Source: Epiperipatus broadwayi
Taxonomy: Eukaryota; Animalia; Onychophora
DNA: 64,000 nt
Assembly (NCBI GenBank): GCA_028023455.1
Contig: JAQFVV010000002.1
Coordinates: forward strand, 17,484,001-17,548,000
Direction: 5' to 3'
A program made the translations under genes and the position numbers. Positions 25,973 through 39,050 of this stretch are shown one piece after another (position 1 is the stretch's first letter; the number at the start of each line of letters is the position of its first letter). Below the pieces are notes generated by a model. It was not told where the DNA came from. It saw nothing but the letters and a program-made list of their open reading frames with translations, and did not search any database.

Positions 25973-26732
25973 TTATATGATTATAATATTAATAACATCA
26001 TTAAGCTATTGCACATGCGCTTTGTAGATTTTTAACAATAAATGAATATTCCCACTTCAAACACAAGATAAGTCTTCGAAAAGATAGAATGAATCATCTA
26101 TCTTTTTGAACCCAAACACTTATGTATGGGCAAATCTTAAGTATTTGAAAGTGAGATCATGGACATATTAAACAATCACTTTAAATTACTTTTTACATGC
26201 TTGAATGAATGATGCTGGTGAAATTTACTAGAATTTATGATATGTCATTCTTATTTGAAATTAAATGGTATGTAAATAAACTATTTATTTTATATAGCGT
26301 TATGTTTATAAACTGTAATATTAATAACAGCATTAAGCTATTACACAGCGCTTTGTAGATTTTTAACAATAAATGAATACTGCCCACTTCAAATTTAATT
26401 TCAAATAAGAATGATGTATCATAAATTCTAGTAAATTTCACCAGCGTTATTTATTCAAGCATGTAAAAAGTAATTTAAAGTGATTGTTTAATATCTTCAC
26501 GCTCTCACTTTCAAATACTTAAGATTTGCCCATACATAAGCATTTGGGTTCAAAAAGATAGATGATTCATTCTATCTTTTCCAAAGACTTATCTTGTGTT
26601 TGAAGAGGGAGTATTCATTTATTGTTAAAAATCTACAAAGCGCATGTGTAATAGCTTAATGCTATTATTAAGATTACTTTTTATAAACATCGCGCTATAT
26701 AAAATAAATAGTTTATTTATATGATTATAATA
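25973..26732. mobile_element. Family F fold-back/tandem element, ~332-nt monomer, 16-bp TSD, no recognisable HHR
   Basis: TSD ttatatgattataata 25973-25988 / 26717-26732; direct repeat at 25991 and 26323; 26393-26716 is an inverted near-complete monomer. Confidence 0.8.
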
Positions 26733-27894
26733 AAATACCATTTCTTTTCTAGCAACAGTTCATTGGAGATGGCATTGCATCTCAACATCCAAATCCGTCT
26801 TTTTACCAAAAGGTATCCAAATAGAATGTATTCTTCTTCTTAAGCTGATAACTATCCAGTATAAAAGCAAATATGCTGTCCATTACTGCTTGACAAAGCA
26901 TCTGATCTTTTTGAGCAAATATAATTACAAAATCAAAATATTAATAAAGGACATTTAAAACATTATTCAGGATTGCACTATTATGAGTATATTGTAGATC
27001 GAGAAGTCAAGAAGACTGAGTTCTTATGATATATTTTGCTTGTTTTCAGTTTATATGAGAAGTTCCATCATCAAATTTAGATTGAATTTTAATGCTTGTT
27101 TTTGAGCCAGCTATAAACTGTTCCCTAGACAATTATCATGCAAATGGCAAAGTATATTAACAGCAATTTTAATTCAAATACTTCAGATTTTCCACTATCA
27201 GTAATACTTCTTTTCATACTATCATATAAAAGCAGTATATAAATAAACTACTATGGATACCCATTCAATTTTAAACATTATCACAAATCTATTTAATCAT
27301 ATGAATAATATGATTTGATTAAATCAAAAAAAAAATCTAATGGTTTGTTTTTTTGGAAGATCATAAAATGTTCAAGCAGTGAAAGTTATACATTAAGCTG
27401 TTATCCAAGAATATTTAACTGTTGCATTTGCCATTCTACTGCTGGACTAATTGAACAAATTAATAAAGCAATATATAAGCAATGCATTTGCTCTTAACAT
27501 CTTTTTTGTTTACAATTGACTGACAATAAAATATCAGAAGTAGCCATTTTGAAACAATATGATCATTCTAACTCCAGAAGTGAAGAAAATAAACAAGCTA
27601 AAACATTACAAATCAAAGAAATTAAAAAATAAAGACTGGTCTGAATTGCTTATGTATGGTAATTAAAAATGGTAATGTGATTACACTAGGTATATAATTC
27701 CATTGTCATAGTCAACACAGAGATGATAAAATATGAGCTGTTCACAATGGCTGAAGTTCTGAGCTAATCTAAGTGACTAATGGGAATATGGTAAAAGAAG
27801 AGAGAGAGAAAGAGAGAAAATGAAAGAGAAAAAAGACAATTAATTTAATTATGAATGTTAATATCAACTATTCCATAACCTATAATTCTTTACA

Positions 27895-28655
27895 ATCATC
27901 ATCATCATTATTAACCATTTTAAAATCTCTCCAACCTCAATCCATCTTTTCCAATCTCTAGTAACTTTTCTCTGCATCACCCCTGTACACTTTCTTATTT
28001 CATCCATCCATCTCACATGAGGTCTCTTTCTGGGTCTTTTATAATCTCTTGGAATCCAGTTTAAGATTTCAGTTGTTCATCTATTATCATCTCTTCTAGC
28101 AATATGTCCAGCCCAACTCCACTTCAGTCTTAATTTTTTCAATGAGGTCAGTAACACCTGTTTGTTCTCTTACCCATATATTGCATTTTTGATCTCTTCT
28201 TGTTACTCCCAATATGCATCTTTCCATACTTCTTGGAGTGGTCTGAAATCTCTGTATTTCTCTTCTATTAAGTTTACAAGTCTCAGATCCATAAATAAGA
28301 ACTCGTAAAACACATTTATTAAAAACCTTCCTTTTCAAACACATAGGCATGTTTCCTTTTAGTATCGAGTTATTTCTACCATTCAAGTTTAATTCTATGA
28401 TTGATTTCATCCATTATGTTTCCATCTGTATTAATAATCTGACCAAGGTATTTGTAACTGTTAACTTCTTCCAACTCGTCACAATCAATCTTTATTTTCA
28501 TATATTGAGAAAATCCATTAAACATTACTTTAGCCTTTTTAATATTTATCTTTATTCCTACTTTTCTACTTTCATCTGATAACTCTTGCAATATTTCCTG
28601 CAACTCTAAAGCATTATTTGCAAAAACAATTACATCATCTGCAAAATCTAAATGA
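27895..28655 (-). mobile_element. 5'-truncated RTE-clade LINE
   Basis: HLDFADDVIVFA, YKYLGQII, IYGSETC; (TGA)n tail at ~27900; close to the 7800-8590 copy. Confidence 0.9.
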
Positions 28656-28790
28656 CAATAACTATATATATAAAAAATATACAAAATAGTATACATTTTA
28701 TTCTAAATTATTTTTAAGTCATAACTAATTCTACAATTCCCAAAGGCATATTGCAAAAGTAAGATTTAAAAAAGTAAAGAATTACAATTA

Positions 28791-28904
28791 GTCAAGCGTT
28801 GTTAGCCGAGAGGTCATCGCACCACACCGCCTTGTGAGCAAGTAATTGGTTGCAGATGGGTGTGGGTTTGTGTCCCAGCCGATGCTATGACATATGAGAA
28901 AAAA
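28791..28904 (+). mobile_element. Mini-SINE of the same family, with a longer tRNA-like core
   Basis: gtcaa-GCGTTG...CGATGC-tatgacatatga-A8; 15-bp TSD aaagaattacaatta 28776-28790 / 28905-28919. Confidence 0.8.
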
Positions 28905-29563
28905 AAAGAATTACAATTAAAACTTAATATCAAAAGTGAATATAAAATAATTAAAATTTTAAAATTGTAATTATAATTAAAAGTTGAGATTAAAAAAGAA
29001 ATGCAAATAGTCTGTCAAAATATATTACAAAATTGTATTTTTATAAAATGGAAAATACTTATTTTTGTAACTTATAATTACTGTTAACATCCATTTATAT
29101 AATTAAATTAACTATAGCAGTAACTGCTTTTTTTAATTTAAAAAAAAAAAAAATCTATTTTTTATATTTTTATCAACAGTCATATCCTCTAGCATAAAAT
29201 AATGAAGAAATAATTAAAATTTATTTTAAAAATTAATTTAATCACTCCATAAAAGAGTTGATTTTTTATTATTATTTAATAAATTGCCTCTTCAATTTAC
29301 ATGTAAACATATACAAAAAATTGAGTTGACATAAAGCAATTGAAATTAAATTATGATGATCTTGGAACAATTCATAATGGCAATCACAAGCTGTTATAGT
29401 TGACATTATTTATTTGTCTAGACTTGAAACAATGGATAAAATAAAAATAATGAAAGGTTGATTATTAAGATTAGCTTATTCTGTCATCAATAGTTAAAAC
29501 TTAGATAATACAATGAAACATAATTGTTAGTTATGTTTAAAGATATCACCTTTCTTGAAATAA

Positions 29564-29826
29564 TAAGAACCATATTAATATATAGGGTATATGAGCACAG
29601 ACTTTCACACGACCCTCCACTCTCCACTCTATCTAATGACACTGATATACCCAAACACACACATGCTGAAAAGATAAACAATCATGTGTGTGCTTGGGTG
29701 TATCAGTGTTATTAGATAGAGTGGAGAGTGGTGGGTCATGTGAAAGTCTGTGCGCATATACCCTATATATTACATATATAGACACGGGTATATAACAAGC
29801 CTGTGTTTTAGTTAAGAACCATATTA
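29564..29826. mobile_element. Family A fold-back insertion (3' part only, no HHR)
   Basis: TSD taagaaccatatta 29564-29577 / 29813-29826; arms 29578-29665 and 29685-29770. Confidence 0.8.
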
Positions 29827-31384
29827 TAATTGCTGTAATCAAAGTTAGACTTTACTTCAGAATAATCAAAGTTAGACTTCAGAATATCATTTTATTGTGG
29901 ATTACAACAAAAAGCATAAATGAAACAAAGTTTATTTTTAATTTACTTCAGTAAAAAAAAACAATAACATTATCTTCTATTGACTAATCAATAAAGACTG
30001 TAAATATTACAGAAATGATATAATTAATTATAAAATTGACTAACCCAAACTTTAAATTCTCTTAAATGACAAATGCACTTCATTTCTCTCAGAAAGATTT
30101 ATTTTTAGATGAAAAATGTTTTGTGAAAGTAACTGAATAAAAGAAATAGAAATAAATCTTGACAATTATAGTAGGTGTGATATAGTAGAAGACTATTAGC
30201 TAATTACAACCTGACATGAGATACTACCCAGAACAATGGAAGTCCGCAGATTGGATGGGACATATTCATTCCCAGTATGTACATCGTATGATGAGGTATT
30301 TGGTAATCTTATTCATTATTAAAATAATTATTTGCTAGAGATTGGTTGTAAAATTATTAGTACTTACAACAATAATAATCATTGGAGTATTCATTGTTGC
30401 TAACATAAATTGATTCGTAATGATAAGTCTTATGTATTTGCATGTAAATGAATTAGGCACACTGGATTACTAACTTGAAGGCTCATGCCAAGAACTATCG
30501 GCTAGTATTATAAATTAATTGTTGAAGTAGAGTGAACATTATTTAGTTCAGAGCCAGTTGGACATGGTTTTAACAACAATCTAATATTGATTAACCTCAG
30601 CAGTTAAACAAACTAGTAGGATATGGTTGAAATATAAATAGAATTGTATAATGATATATATATATGGATGGAAAGAAATTTATTTCATACAATAAACAAT
30701 GTGAATATGTGAAACATATTTTTATAAATTGAAACAAAGAAGCCAGTTTTGAAAGGAAAAAAAAAGAAGATATTTATTTATTTAAATAATGATTTAAACT
30801 ATAATTATCAACTTTTAGATCATACCAAAATTTTTATGAATTATAAAATTATAGAAAAAATTATATAAACACTAGTCGTTGGTACCCATCTTGGAGAAGT
30901 AAAATATGATGGATTACTGTTGTGTGTTCCTATACATCACTGTAAAGAACCCAACTTTAATAGTGATGAATCATACACAACTATGCATGCCTATGCACAT
31001 ATCAACTATTTTACTTTACTTCACTTCTGATAGCAATTTTAAATTCACAATTTCCATTATTGTTCAGATTCATGATGTTTTGCTGTTTTGATATCTGTAC
31101 TTAACTTCAAATTTTAATGAAAAATGATAAATGAAATATTTCTAATAATTATTATTTCTCCTTAAATAATATCTATTAATAGTAATTTATATTTGAACAT
31201 ATTTATGATGCCATCTTATTACAGAACAGAAAATTAATTTCCAAATCCTAAAAATAGAGTGACAAACCAAATAAAAAACTTAGAATAAGTTATAACAAAC
31301 TAAAATAACATTATCATACTAATACAAACAGTTAAAAGATGATTATTATTCTTTTCAAACATGCTTATTTACCTCTCTGATTTA

Positions 31385-32020
31385 AAACAGGTAAAACTTT
31401 CCATACAGTATTGCCACTCAGTGCAAGCCTGAGTAATCAATGGATGCCAGAAGGTTTGTGCATAAATTTCCTATCTAGTGCCTATTTATACAATACCCCC
31501 AGACTAATTTCTGGTTTCTAGTCTTCATCGGTAAGGAGCCTTGGATCTGAGAGCACCACCTAGATCTTAGGATCCAATGCAACCCTCCACCAGCCACCTT
31601 TTATCTCTATTTAAGTACAAAACTATGAGTTTTAAATTGAAAACACAATAATATTTTCAATCCAAGTTCATTAGCTTATATAGGTATATAGGTCTTAACT
31701 CAGTTCAGTATCCATACATTTTGGTGACTTAGGTTTTTGAATAACCATAGCCACCACTATCCTATTAGGCAGGATTGATTTTAAGCCAATAAACATCACA
31801 TGATCACCATTTTTTATGCTTGCTTATAACTGTTATTAAAACAGGCAAAACCCTCTATATGTATTGCCACTCACTGACAAAGACCACAAGCCAGAAACTA
31901 GTCTAGGAATATTGGATGAGTAGACACTAGATGGGGATTTTATGTAAAATCCTTCTGGCATCCATTAATTACTCTGGCTTGCACTGAGTGGCAATATATA
32001 TAAAGAGTTTGCCTGTTTTA
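31385..32020. mobile_element. Family B element: minus-strand monomer plus inverted arm; decayed HHRs at ~31497-31543 (-) and ~31868-31910 (+)
   Basis: Aligns along its length with 55903-57117. Confidence 0.8.
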
Positions 32021-32111
32021 ATTAATGTGTGGAAATATGTTCCAAGATACATGAAATGTCCAAGAACTAGAATAAATTATTGCTAAAAGAAAAAAAGCAG
32101 ATTTATAATCA

Positions 32112-32646
32112 CTATAATGAATTAATACATTGTACAGGCTTACACCTGCATTTATATATGTAATATATGTGGGATTCAAACTCAGATGACCCACTACTCT
32201 CAGTGCCATCTCATATTGCTGACCTACCTGATCACATACATGTTGAAAAGATAAATAATCACCACTATACGTATTTCATGCTAAACCAGCAATCATCAGT
32301 TGGTCTAGATTACCATCCTCACACATATATACAATCAGTGCTCAGCTTTATATTAAGATAGCCAATCTTCATACTTTAATGGACAGGCTTCAAACTACTC
32401 CAACCCACAACTCTTCAGCCATCCATTTCATTGAAAATCTGATGATGGAACATTCAAAGCCCTTGTTAGTGCCAAGGTTGTCATCCTACTCATGTTGACA
32501 TATTAGTCATTCTGACACCTCATGTACAGGAGAATAATCCATTTATACATACATATGTGAGGGATGGGCAGACCTTTCTATTTATATAAATTAATACATT
32601 GTACAGGCTTAAACCTGCATTTATATATGTAATATATGCTATAATG
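32112..32646 (-). mobile_element. Family A monomer with ~47-nt terminal redundancy and 8-bp TSD; HHR at 32261-32304
   Basis: TSD ctataatg; direct repeat 32120-32166 / 32590-32636; minus accaa-CTGATGA-ttgct..agcat-GAA-ATACGTAT-A-gtggt. Confidence 0.8.
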
Positions 32647-33829
32647 TTAAATTAAACAGATAAATTGATTATTATTTTAAATATGATCAGTATTGTCTTA
32701 AATGTTCTTTTATGTGTGTGATCTTATTATATAAATACAAATTATTTAAATACTTTGTTTGTTAAGCATATTTTACATTTACAATTTTATAAAGACCAAT
32801 GTTTAAGATATAATGATTTTGTTCATTTAAGGTAAGATCCAAAACAGTCTAACCCTATGAAGGATTTAAATTAAGAATATTGATGATTAGAAATAGAATC
32901 TAATAGCTGACCATCTCAATGAATTAAATTTATGGTTATTATTTAATAAGCAGTAGTACCCAAAGAAGGTCACTTTTTGAATTAGTATAAATCTAAGGAA
33001 GTATTAAGTGTAGTTATATAGAAGTTAACCCAAATTTATAATGGAGTTGTATTTGGTAGGCTACATTTATTTTATATATGTATTGCAGTTCTGAATCTGA
33101 AGATAATTAAATAAATGTTATATTAGTAAGGATCAATAACATATAGGGTTATATTTTTGATGCATTAAGGGCATGGGAACTTTATTAATGGCAAAGTGCT
33201 TAATCATATAATTGTCCTTTAATATTATACACTGTGATTACAAAGTTAACATTTTAAAGTTGATCAGGAATAAACCTTGGACATTTTCAAGAATGTTTTA
33301 TTATCTGTTTCATATTTGTCTATCCACATGTGGTTGCAAAACATTAACTAAAAAATAATTTAGAAATGAGACTATTAAAGAAATAACTTTGCTTGTTACT
33401 GAAATATAATTAGATATGACATTAATTATATGTGTTTTGTTTAAATTAAAAAATATAACTCAATGGCTATTAATAGATTTACTAGATATATAATTTGTAA
33501 ATAATTGCTAATGAATTTATATTTGCTTAAGAATAGAAATAATGAATTGTAGTAAAAATTAAGTTATTACAAATTTGTAGTTAAATCGTTATTGTTTTTT
33601 TTGTTATTTATTTAAATACTGTTAGATTTCAATACTTTATATGAAAATTGTCTGGCCAGAATATAAAATACATGGGCCACTCTAATCCTTACATATTAAG
33701 GAGAAAATCTTTTCAACCATGATAATACAAAAAATAGAGTATTATCACTGGAATATTTCCTGATTGTAATCATCAGATGATGCCCAAAGCTTGCTGAATG
33801 ATTGTGAACATAACCCTGAAAGATGAAAT

Positions 33830-34200
33830 AACTATATCCATTTGAGCATTTCTCAGATTTTCTTGGATGGATGGTTGAAGAGTGGGAGGGTGGAGTAGAT
33901 TGAAACCTGTCCATTAAAGTATGAGATTTGGATATCGAGCCGGGAGGGAAACCCCCACCCAGGCCGGGGGTGGGGGGGGGGGGGGGCCCGGGGTTAATAT
34001 ATGATCTGAGTACTTAAATAGCATATATGTGTAGAGATGGTAATCTGGACCAACTGATGATTGCTGGTTTAGCATGAAATATGTATATTGGTGATTATTT
34101 ATCTTTTCAACATATATGTGTTCTAGTGTATCAGTGTTATGAGATAGTGTGGAGAGTGGTGGGTTGTGTGAAAGTCTGTGCTCTTATACCCTATATTACT
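33830..34200 (+). mobile_element. Family A element; HHR at 34049-34092
   Basis: accaa-CTGATGA-ttgctggtttagcat-GAA-atatgtat-a-ttggt; carries a GC-rich insert at 33937-33993. Confidence 0.8.
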
Positions 34201-34289
34201 ACTAATATAAATAAAATGGAAAATTGTATAACAGTAAAATACTAGGTAAAAAGCAAATTTTTACTAAAATTTTCTCTATTAACAAATAA

Positions 34290-34540
34290 ACCTAACAAAT
34301 GAAATTCAACTAGGTATAAACAACATATTGCAATGGACAGCCCTCTATTGTTGGCATTATCAATATCCAACACCACTACTAGACTTATAGTCTAGAATGT
34401 CTTCTCAAGAGATATATTAAAGTTTCATTGCTAAGGATCTTAACTAGAAGTTCCTACACAGCCACATACTATTACTAATAGATATTTTAATATCTCTAGA
34501 TCACAGAAAAGAGGTTCATTGAAGCATTGATTGGTAAGAG
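34290..34540 (+). mobile_element. Highly decayed PLE RT remnant
   Basis: KQHIAMDSPL resembles the PLE RT motif KQxxGxAMGSPLS. Confidence 0.35.
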
Positions 34541-35789
34541 CAGACAATAACATAACATGATCACCAATATGCAAAGAGATTTTTGCCTGTTTTAAGAGCA
34601 GACAACAATAAACAAATGGATTAACAGTTCAATTATAATACATAAACTTAAATTATCATTACATATTGGTATACATTTCATTTGTTGACATTAGGTTTTT
34701 AATATTAACAATGACAAAATCTTATTTAATTATCATTTCTAAAGTTTATCATTTTATCTGATTCTCTTAGCTATGGGTTAGTTACATCAAGATGTGTACA
34801 CATATGCATTTCAATCTTAACTCTCAAAGAATAGGTAATAATAAAACAGTCTAAACTAAATTTATATATTCATCACATAGATTCAATTACAAAATCAGCT
34901 TTACACAATATACATTTGATTCTATGCCACATTAAAAGTATAGTTGATTTAGGACCTGTAGTACAAATTAAAATCATCATGCAAGTTTATTACATAAAAT
35001 CAAAACTCAAGTACAGGAAATTATGTTCCAGGAAGATATGTCTCTAAACCCAGAGTAAAATCAAAATCATCCATGAGAGATTAAATGTAAAATCAAACTC
35101 AAACATAAAAAGTATATATATCATGGGGAGGTAAACAACCATATGTAGAATTCAAGTGCAGTGGATAGAATATCTACAAGATCACTATATAAATACACAT
35201 TTACATATTCTAGCCTTTAATTTCAGATGTGTATGTGATACCAAATAAATATCAATCTACTTAAAAATTCTAAGTGAAATAAAATCAGCTTTCTGAACTA
35301 CCTATCTGTATATGTGCATATTAGCATCAGCCACACATACCCTTATTTTCACTAATTTATAAATATATTGTCCAAATAATTTTGAATAACTTCAGAGAGA
35401 TAACTTTGCAAAACAAAGTCTTAACTATTTAAAACTCAATTTGTCTGCATTTTGATGGTTTCCATTACATTAAATAACTACACTTTCTACTCTGTCTGAT
35501 ATACCATCAATCTCAACAATATTTTTAATTCTAGCTTTTATTTGTAATGAATCATATTATACTTGCACAGCCTATGTTTGTCCCTTGTATAAAAATTTGT
35601 ACACATTTTTAATCAATAGTGCATTCACTTTTTAACTTTACAAAACTCAGCAATTTCTGATTTATTATTTGACAATTTTTAAATAAATGCAATCTCCTTT
35701 ACTTGAAAGTGATCTATAAATATATATATCTGAATGAAAGATAATCATTAAATGTAGCCACCCTCTATTTATACTTAATGATAGCAGTG

Positions 35790-36050
35790 ATGTGATGTGA
35801 TGCACTGTGACTTCTTCTTATAATGGAGTCAGGAATCTCTCACCAAATATGTCCAGAGAAAACTGTTAGCCGCTTTGAATCCCTTTCCATTCCCCACCCC
35901 AAATTTTCCCATATTCTTTTCTACCCTGTTCCATACCATTTCCACAACATAATCTTTATCAACTCCATGGCCTTTAGATCTAAAACCCTCTTATCTTTTC
36001 CCAAACCCATCATAAAAACCAATAAGCCACTTTCTGGCTTGCGACCCCAT
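35790..36050 (-). mobile_element. 3' fragment of the CR1/L2-group-like LINE, next to a possible hAT-type MITE remnant (36050-36390)
   Basis: Reverse complement matches 19640-19910; (CATCA)n tail; gcgaccccatttggggtc and ...gaataccactg resemble hAT MITE ends. Confidence 0.55.
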
Positions 36051-37325
36051 TTGGGGTCATGAAAAATTACTTTGGGATCACAAGATGGATGAAAAAATAA
36101 ATAAATAAATTTAATTGACTACAAATACATCATTGACAAAAATTAGTCAATTTTTCAACCTAATATTTTGGTAACTACAGAGTTGATTTTCAGTTTATTG
36201 TACTTGTATTGACAGGTATGTTTATTTTGTATGTAATAAAAAATAAATTAACATCTCCCTAATTTTTAATATACCTTGTCCTAGTTTTTGAGCAATTAGA
36301 ATTAGATTATTGATTTGTTTAATTTTGGGTCGGCATGTTACCTCAATGTCCTATGTGGGTCATACTGCTAAAATGTTTGAATACCACTGATTTATAGCAT
36401 TCTTTGCTATCAGTTATTTACTGCTCTCTTCAGGATATGAGATTATAAAGAGTTTTTGTTGACTAAAATTTAAAAATAAAAAGAGAATTTTCACACACAC
36501 ACACACCTATATATATACACCTTACCTTCAAAAAATATTCATTTTATCAGTTATTAAATATCATATAATAATTCAGATAGAATAGTATTTAATCATAATG
36601 CATTAAAGGTCTCACTATTGCATAAAAGTGATAAAAGATCGTAGGAATTATGACACAATTCTCATCTAATTAAAAAAGTTTTGAATAATTAAAAATCATA
36701 TCAGAGTTTAATTCTGTTTATTCTACTTTGTGCCAATTAGCCTTGTGGTGGAATAACAGATTCAAGAGCTATGACTTATATCAGTTCCTATGAAGTTTTT
36801 TTTGAAATCTCACTTTGGCAACTTAATGGTCCTGTTATGCTAATCTGTTACTTAATTACTCAAACACCACTTGAACTCTCAAGCAACTGAATATATGATT
36901 CCATAAATATACTCATTATATTAAATATATAAATACTATATATTATAGCTATAGATTATAGTTATTTTGCATTTGTATTGTGTTTTTCTTAGATAGCAAC
37001 AATTACATGAACGATGAATGATCTGTTTAATATTTATTGTTAAAAAGATAAGTAAAGTTTGATAGCCATTTGCAGATTTAGTTTTTCATTTAAATTGTAA
37101 AATAATCCAATTACATCTTAGTTTCTTTGTGACATTTACAAAAAAATAATAATTAATTATTACATTTTGGAACAACTATACATTTATTTATGCCAAGTTT
37201 ATTGCTTGAAGGCAATGATGATGCTAATAGGCAATAGGATTATCTGAGCAAATGATATTTAAATGATTATTAATTGTCTACAAAATCTTATGTATATTTA
37301 TTTTAGTACTCTTTTTTTCTTTTAG

Positions 37326-37435
37326 GTAATAATAATGAAAATATTAAATTTGAAACTGATGTTGGTACTTTGTCAGCATGGTCTCAGAATGAAAGATTAG
37401 TTATTTCTCTTCCATTAAATGCTTTGGAATCTAAG
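37326..37435 (+). CDS. 110-nt exon of the PhzF/PBLD-like gene: (S)NNNENIKFETDVGTLSAWSQNERLVISLPLNALESK
   Basis: ttttttcttttag| acceptor, aag|gtaatt donor; in phase with 25148-25246; resembles PBLD TLTFVTLSGEL..IVLDLP (recalled). Confidence 0.75.
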
Positions 37436-37959
37436 GTAATTTATATTTTTCATTTAGCAATTTTTACTATTATAGTTTTAGTAAACATATATGTATAAAT
37501 CTAAAAATTAATTGACTTTATAAAGAATTAGTTAGATAGTTGGATGTAAAAATGACTGTATAAATTGTAAATGTATAAGAGAGTATAAATGTATGTGTCA
37601 ACATATATAACTGTGTATATATAGTTGAGGAGAGCAAACCACTCTTCCTAAGGCTATGAATAAATAACATTCTGTATACTATCAAAGATCAAGAATAAAA
37701 TCATACATTCATATGTATATACAAGATATATCTATGCATATATAAATAAAAGAAAATGTCCATTATTGAATACTTATCATAATAAAATTGTAATAAAAAT
37801 AATAAAGTATAATGGTAATAATATGCTTTGTAAATAAAACAGAAATGGTTTCAGTTAATTTCTTAATCTTCTTCAATTGAAAACTGTTTACCTTTAGCAT
37901 CAGTAAATGTCATAATGTTATATACCCAGGGTCCTGAATTTTAACATTTGCACATTACT

Positions 37960-39050
37960 TATTAATTAAAGATATCTACTTTTTATTTATCAAAATTGCT
38001 TCCTTAATTTTTCTTTTATTATGGTTTCTCTCCTCATGAAGAATTTTAGTATTTTTCAAATCAAAATTGAAAGTAAATTCATATGATTTTTCATGATCAA
38101 AGAAAACAGATGCCATTGTTAAATTATTACTACTTTTAATTTTATACATTTATATAACAGTTGATGCTCTTTTAATCTTTTCTCAGGGCAATACTTTGAT
38201 TCACCAATGTATGAAGCCTTGCACCTTCATGGAATTTGATATACAATAATATTTTTTTATTTCAAAGATATGTTTTCTTGGATTTATTTATCAATCTGTG
38301 TGCTTAATAAATAATTATAACTCTACAATAGTTTATATATTTCCAGTATAAAGATCATAATATTAACTCGTTATAAATCACAAGATTTCACGAACGTTAA
38401 TTTGTATAGGAAATAGTGAACTTAACCAGTAGAGAGAACAGCAGCTTCACATGCCCAAATCAAGATGCTTCAGATTGGCCTATATAAGTGGAAAGTTAGG
38501 TTAAAGATAAGATGGCTGCTTTTGTCTTTATAAAAGTCACTATCTTCTGTTGTGGTTTGAGAGGTCCCTCTATCGGTAAAATAAATATATTGCTTGACTA
38601 TTATAAATTTCAAGGTGCATTTAAGCCTGTCTTAAAAGTATTTACATATACTTCCTGGGGACTTAATAAATAATTATAACTCTACATTAGATGAGATACA
38701 AAATGGCACTTTATATAAATCTGTACATATGTCCTTTTATTTTTGCAAATATAAAATTACAAAGATGGAAATCATTTGAGATTTTGGTGGATTTTGTTGG
38801 TTCATTTATGTATTAGACAGCTAAGTATATTGGCAAACTCAACATTTTAGGATATTGTGAATATTTCTTTCATATTAAAATTATAATTATGATATTATAT
38901 GGCAAAGCAATATATATATCAAACTAGTGTTTTTATTTTTATAAAATCCTAAGAAGATTGCCATGAGATGTAGTTTATTTTAGTTTCATAAAATTTAAGA
39001 AGAAGTACAGACACATTTGAGTTTAAAAGAAATCTAATGGTTGATGTTGA
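37960..39050 (-). mobile_element. Degenerate PLE (RT thumb region + GIY-YIG) with an internal insertion at 38328-38661
   Basis: VYQIP*RCKASYIGESKYCPEKRLKEHQ ... FDLKNTKILHEERNHNKRKIKEAIL. Confidence 0.75.

Noticed and set aside
37850-37930. Possible SECIS downstream of the TGA-containing GIY-YIG
   Set aside because: ATGA..AAA..TGA present but helix II pairs poorly
38161-38245. Plus-strand DALLIFSQGNTLIHQC looked like the next PBLD exon
   Set aside because: The opposite strand encodes a clear GIY-YIG motif (YIGE..RLKEH); the plus frame has no suitable donor before its stop
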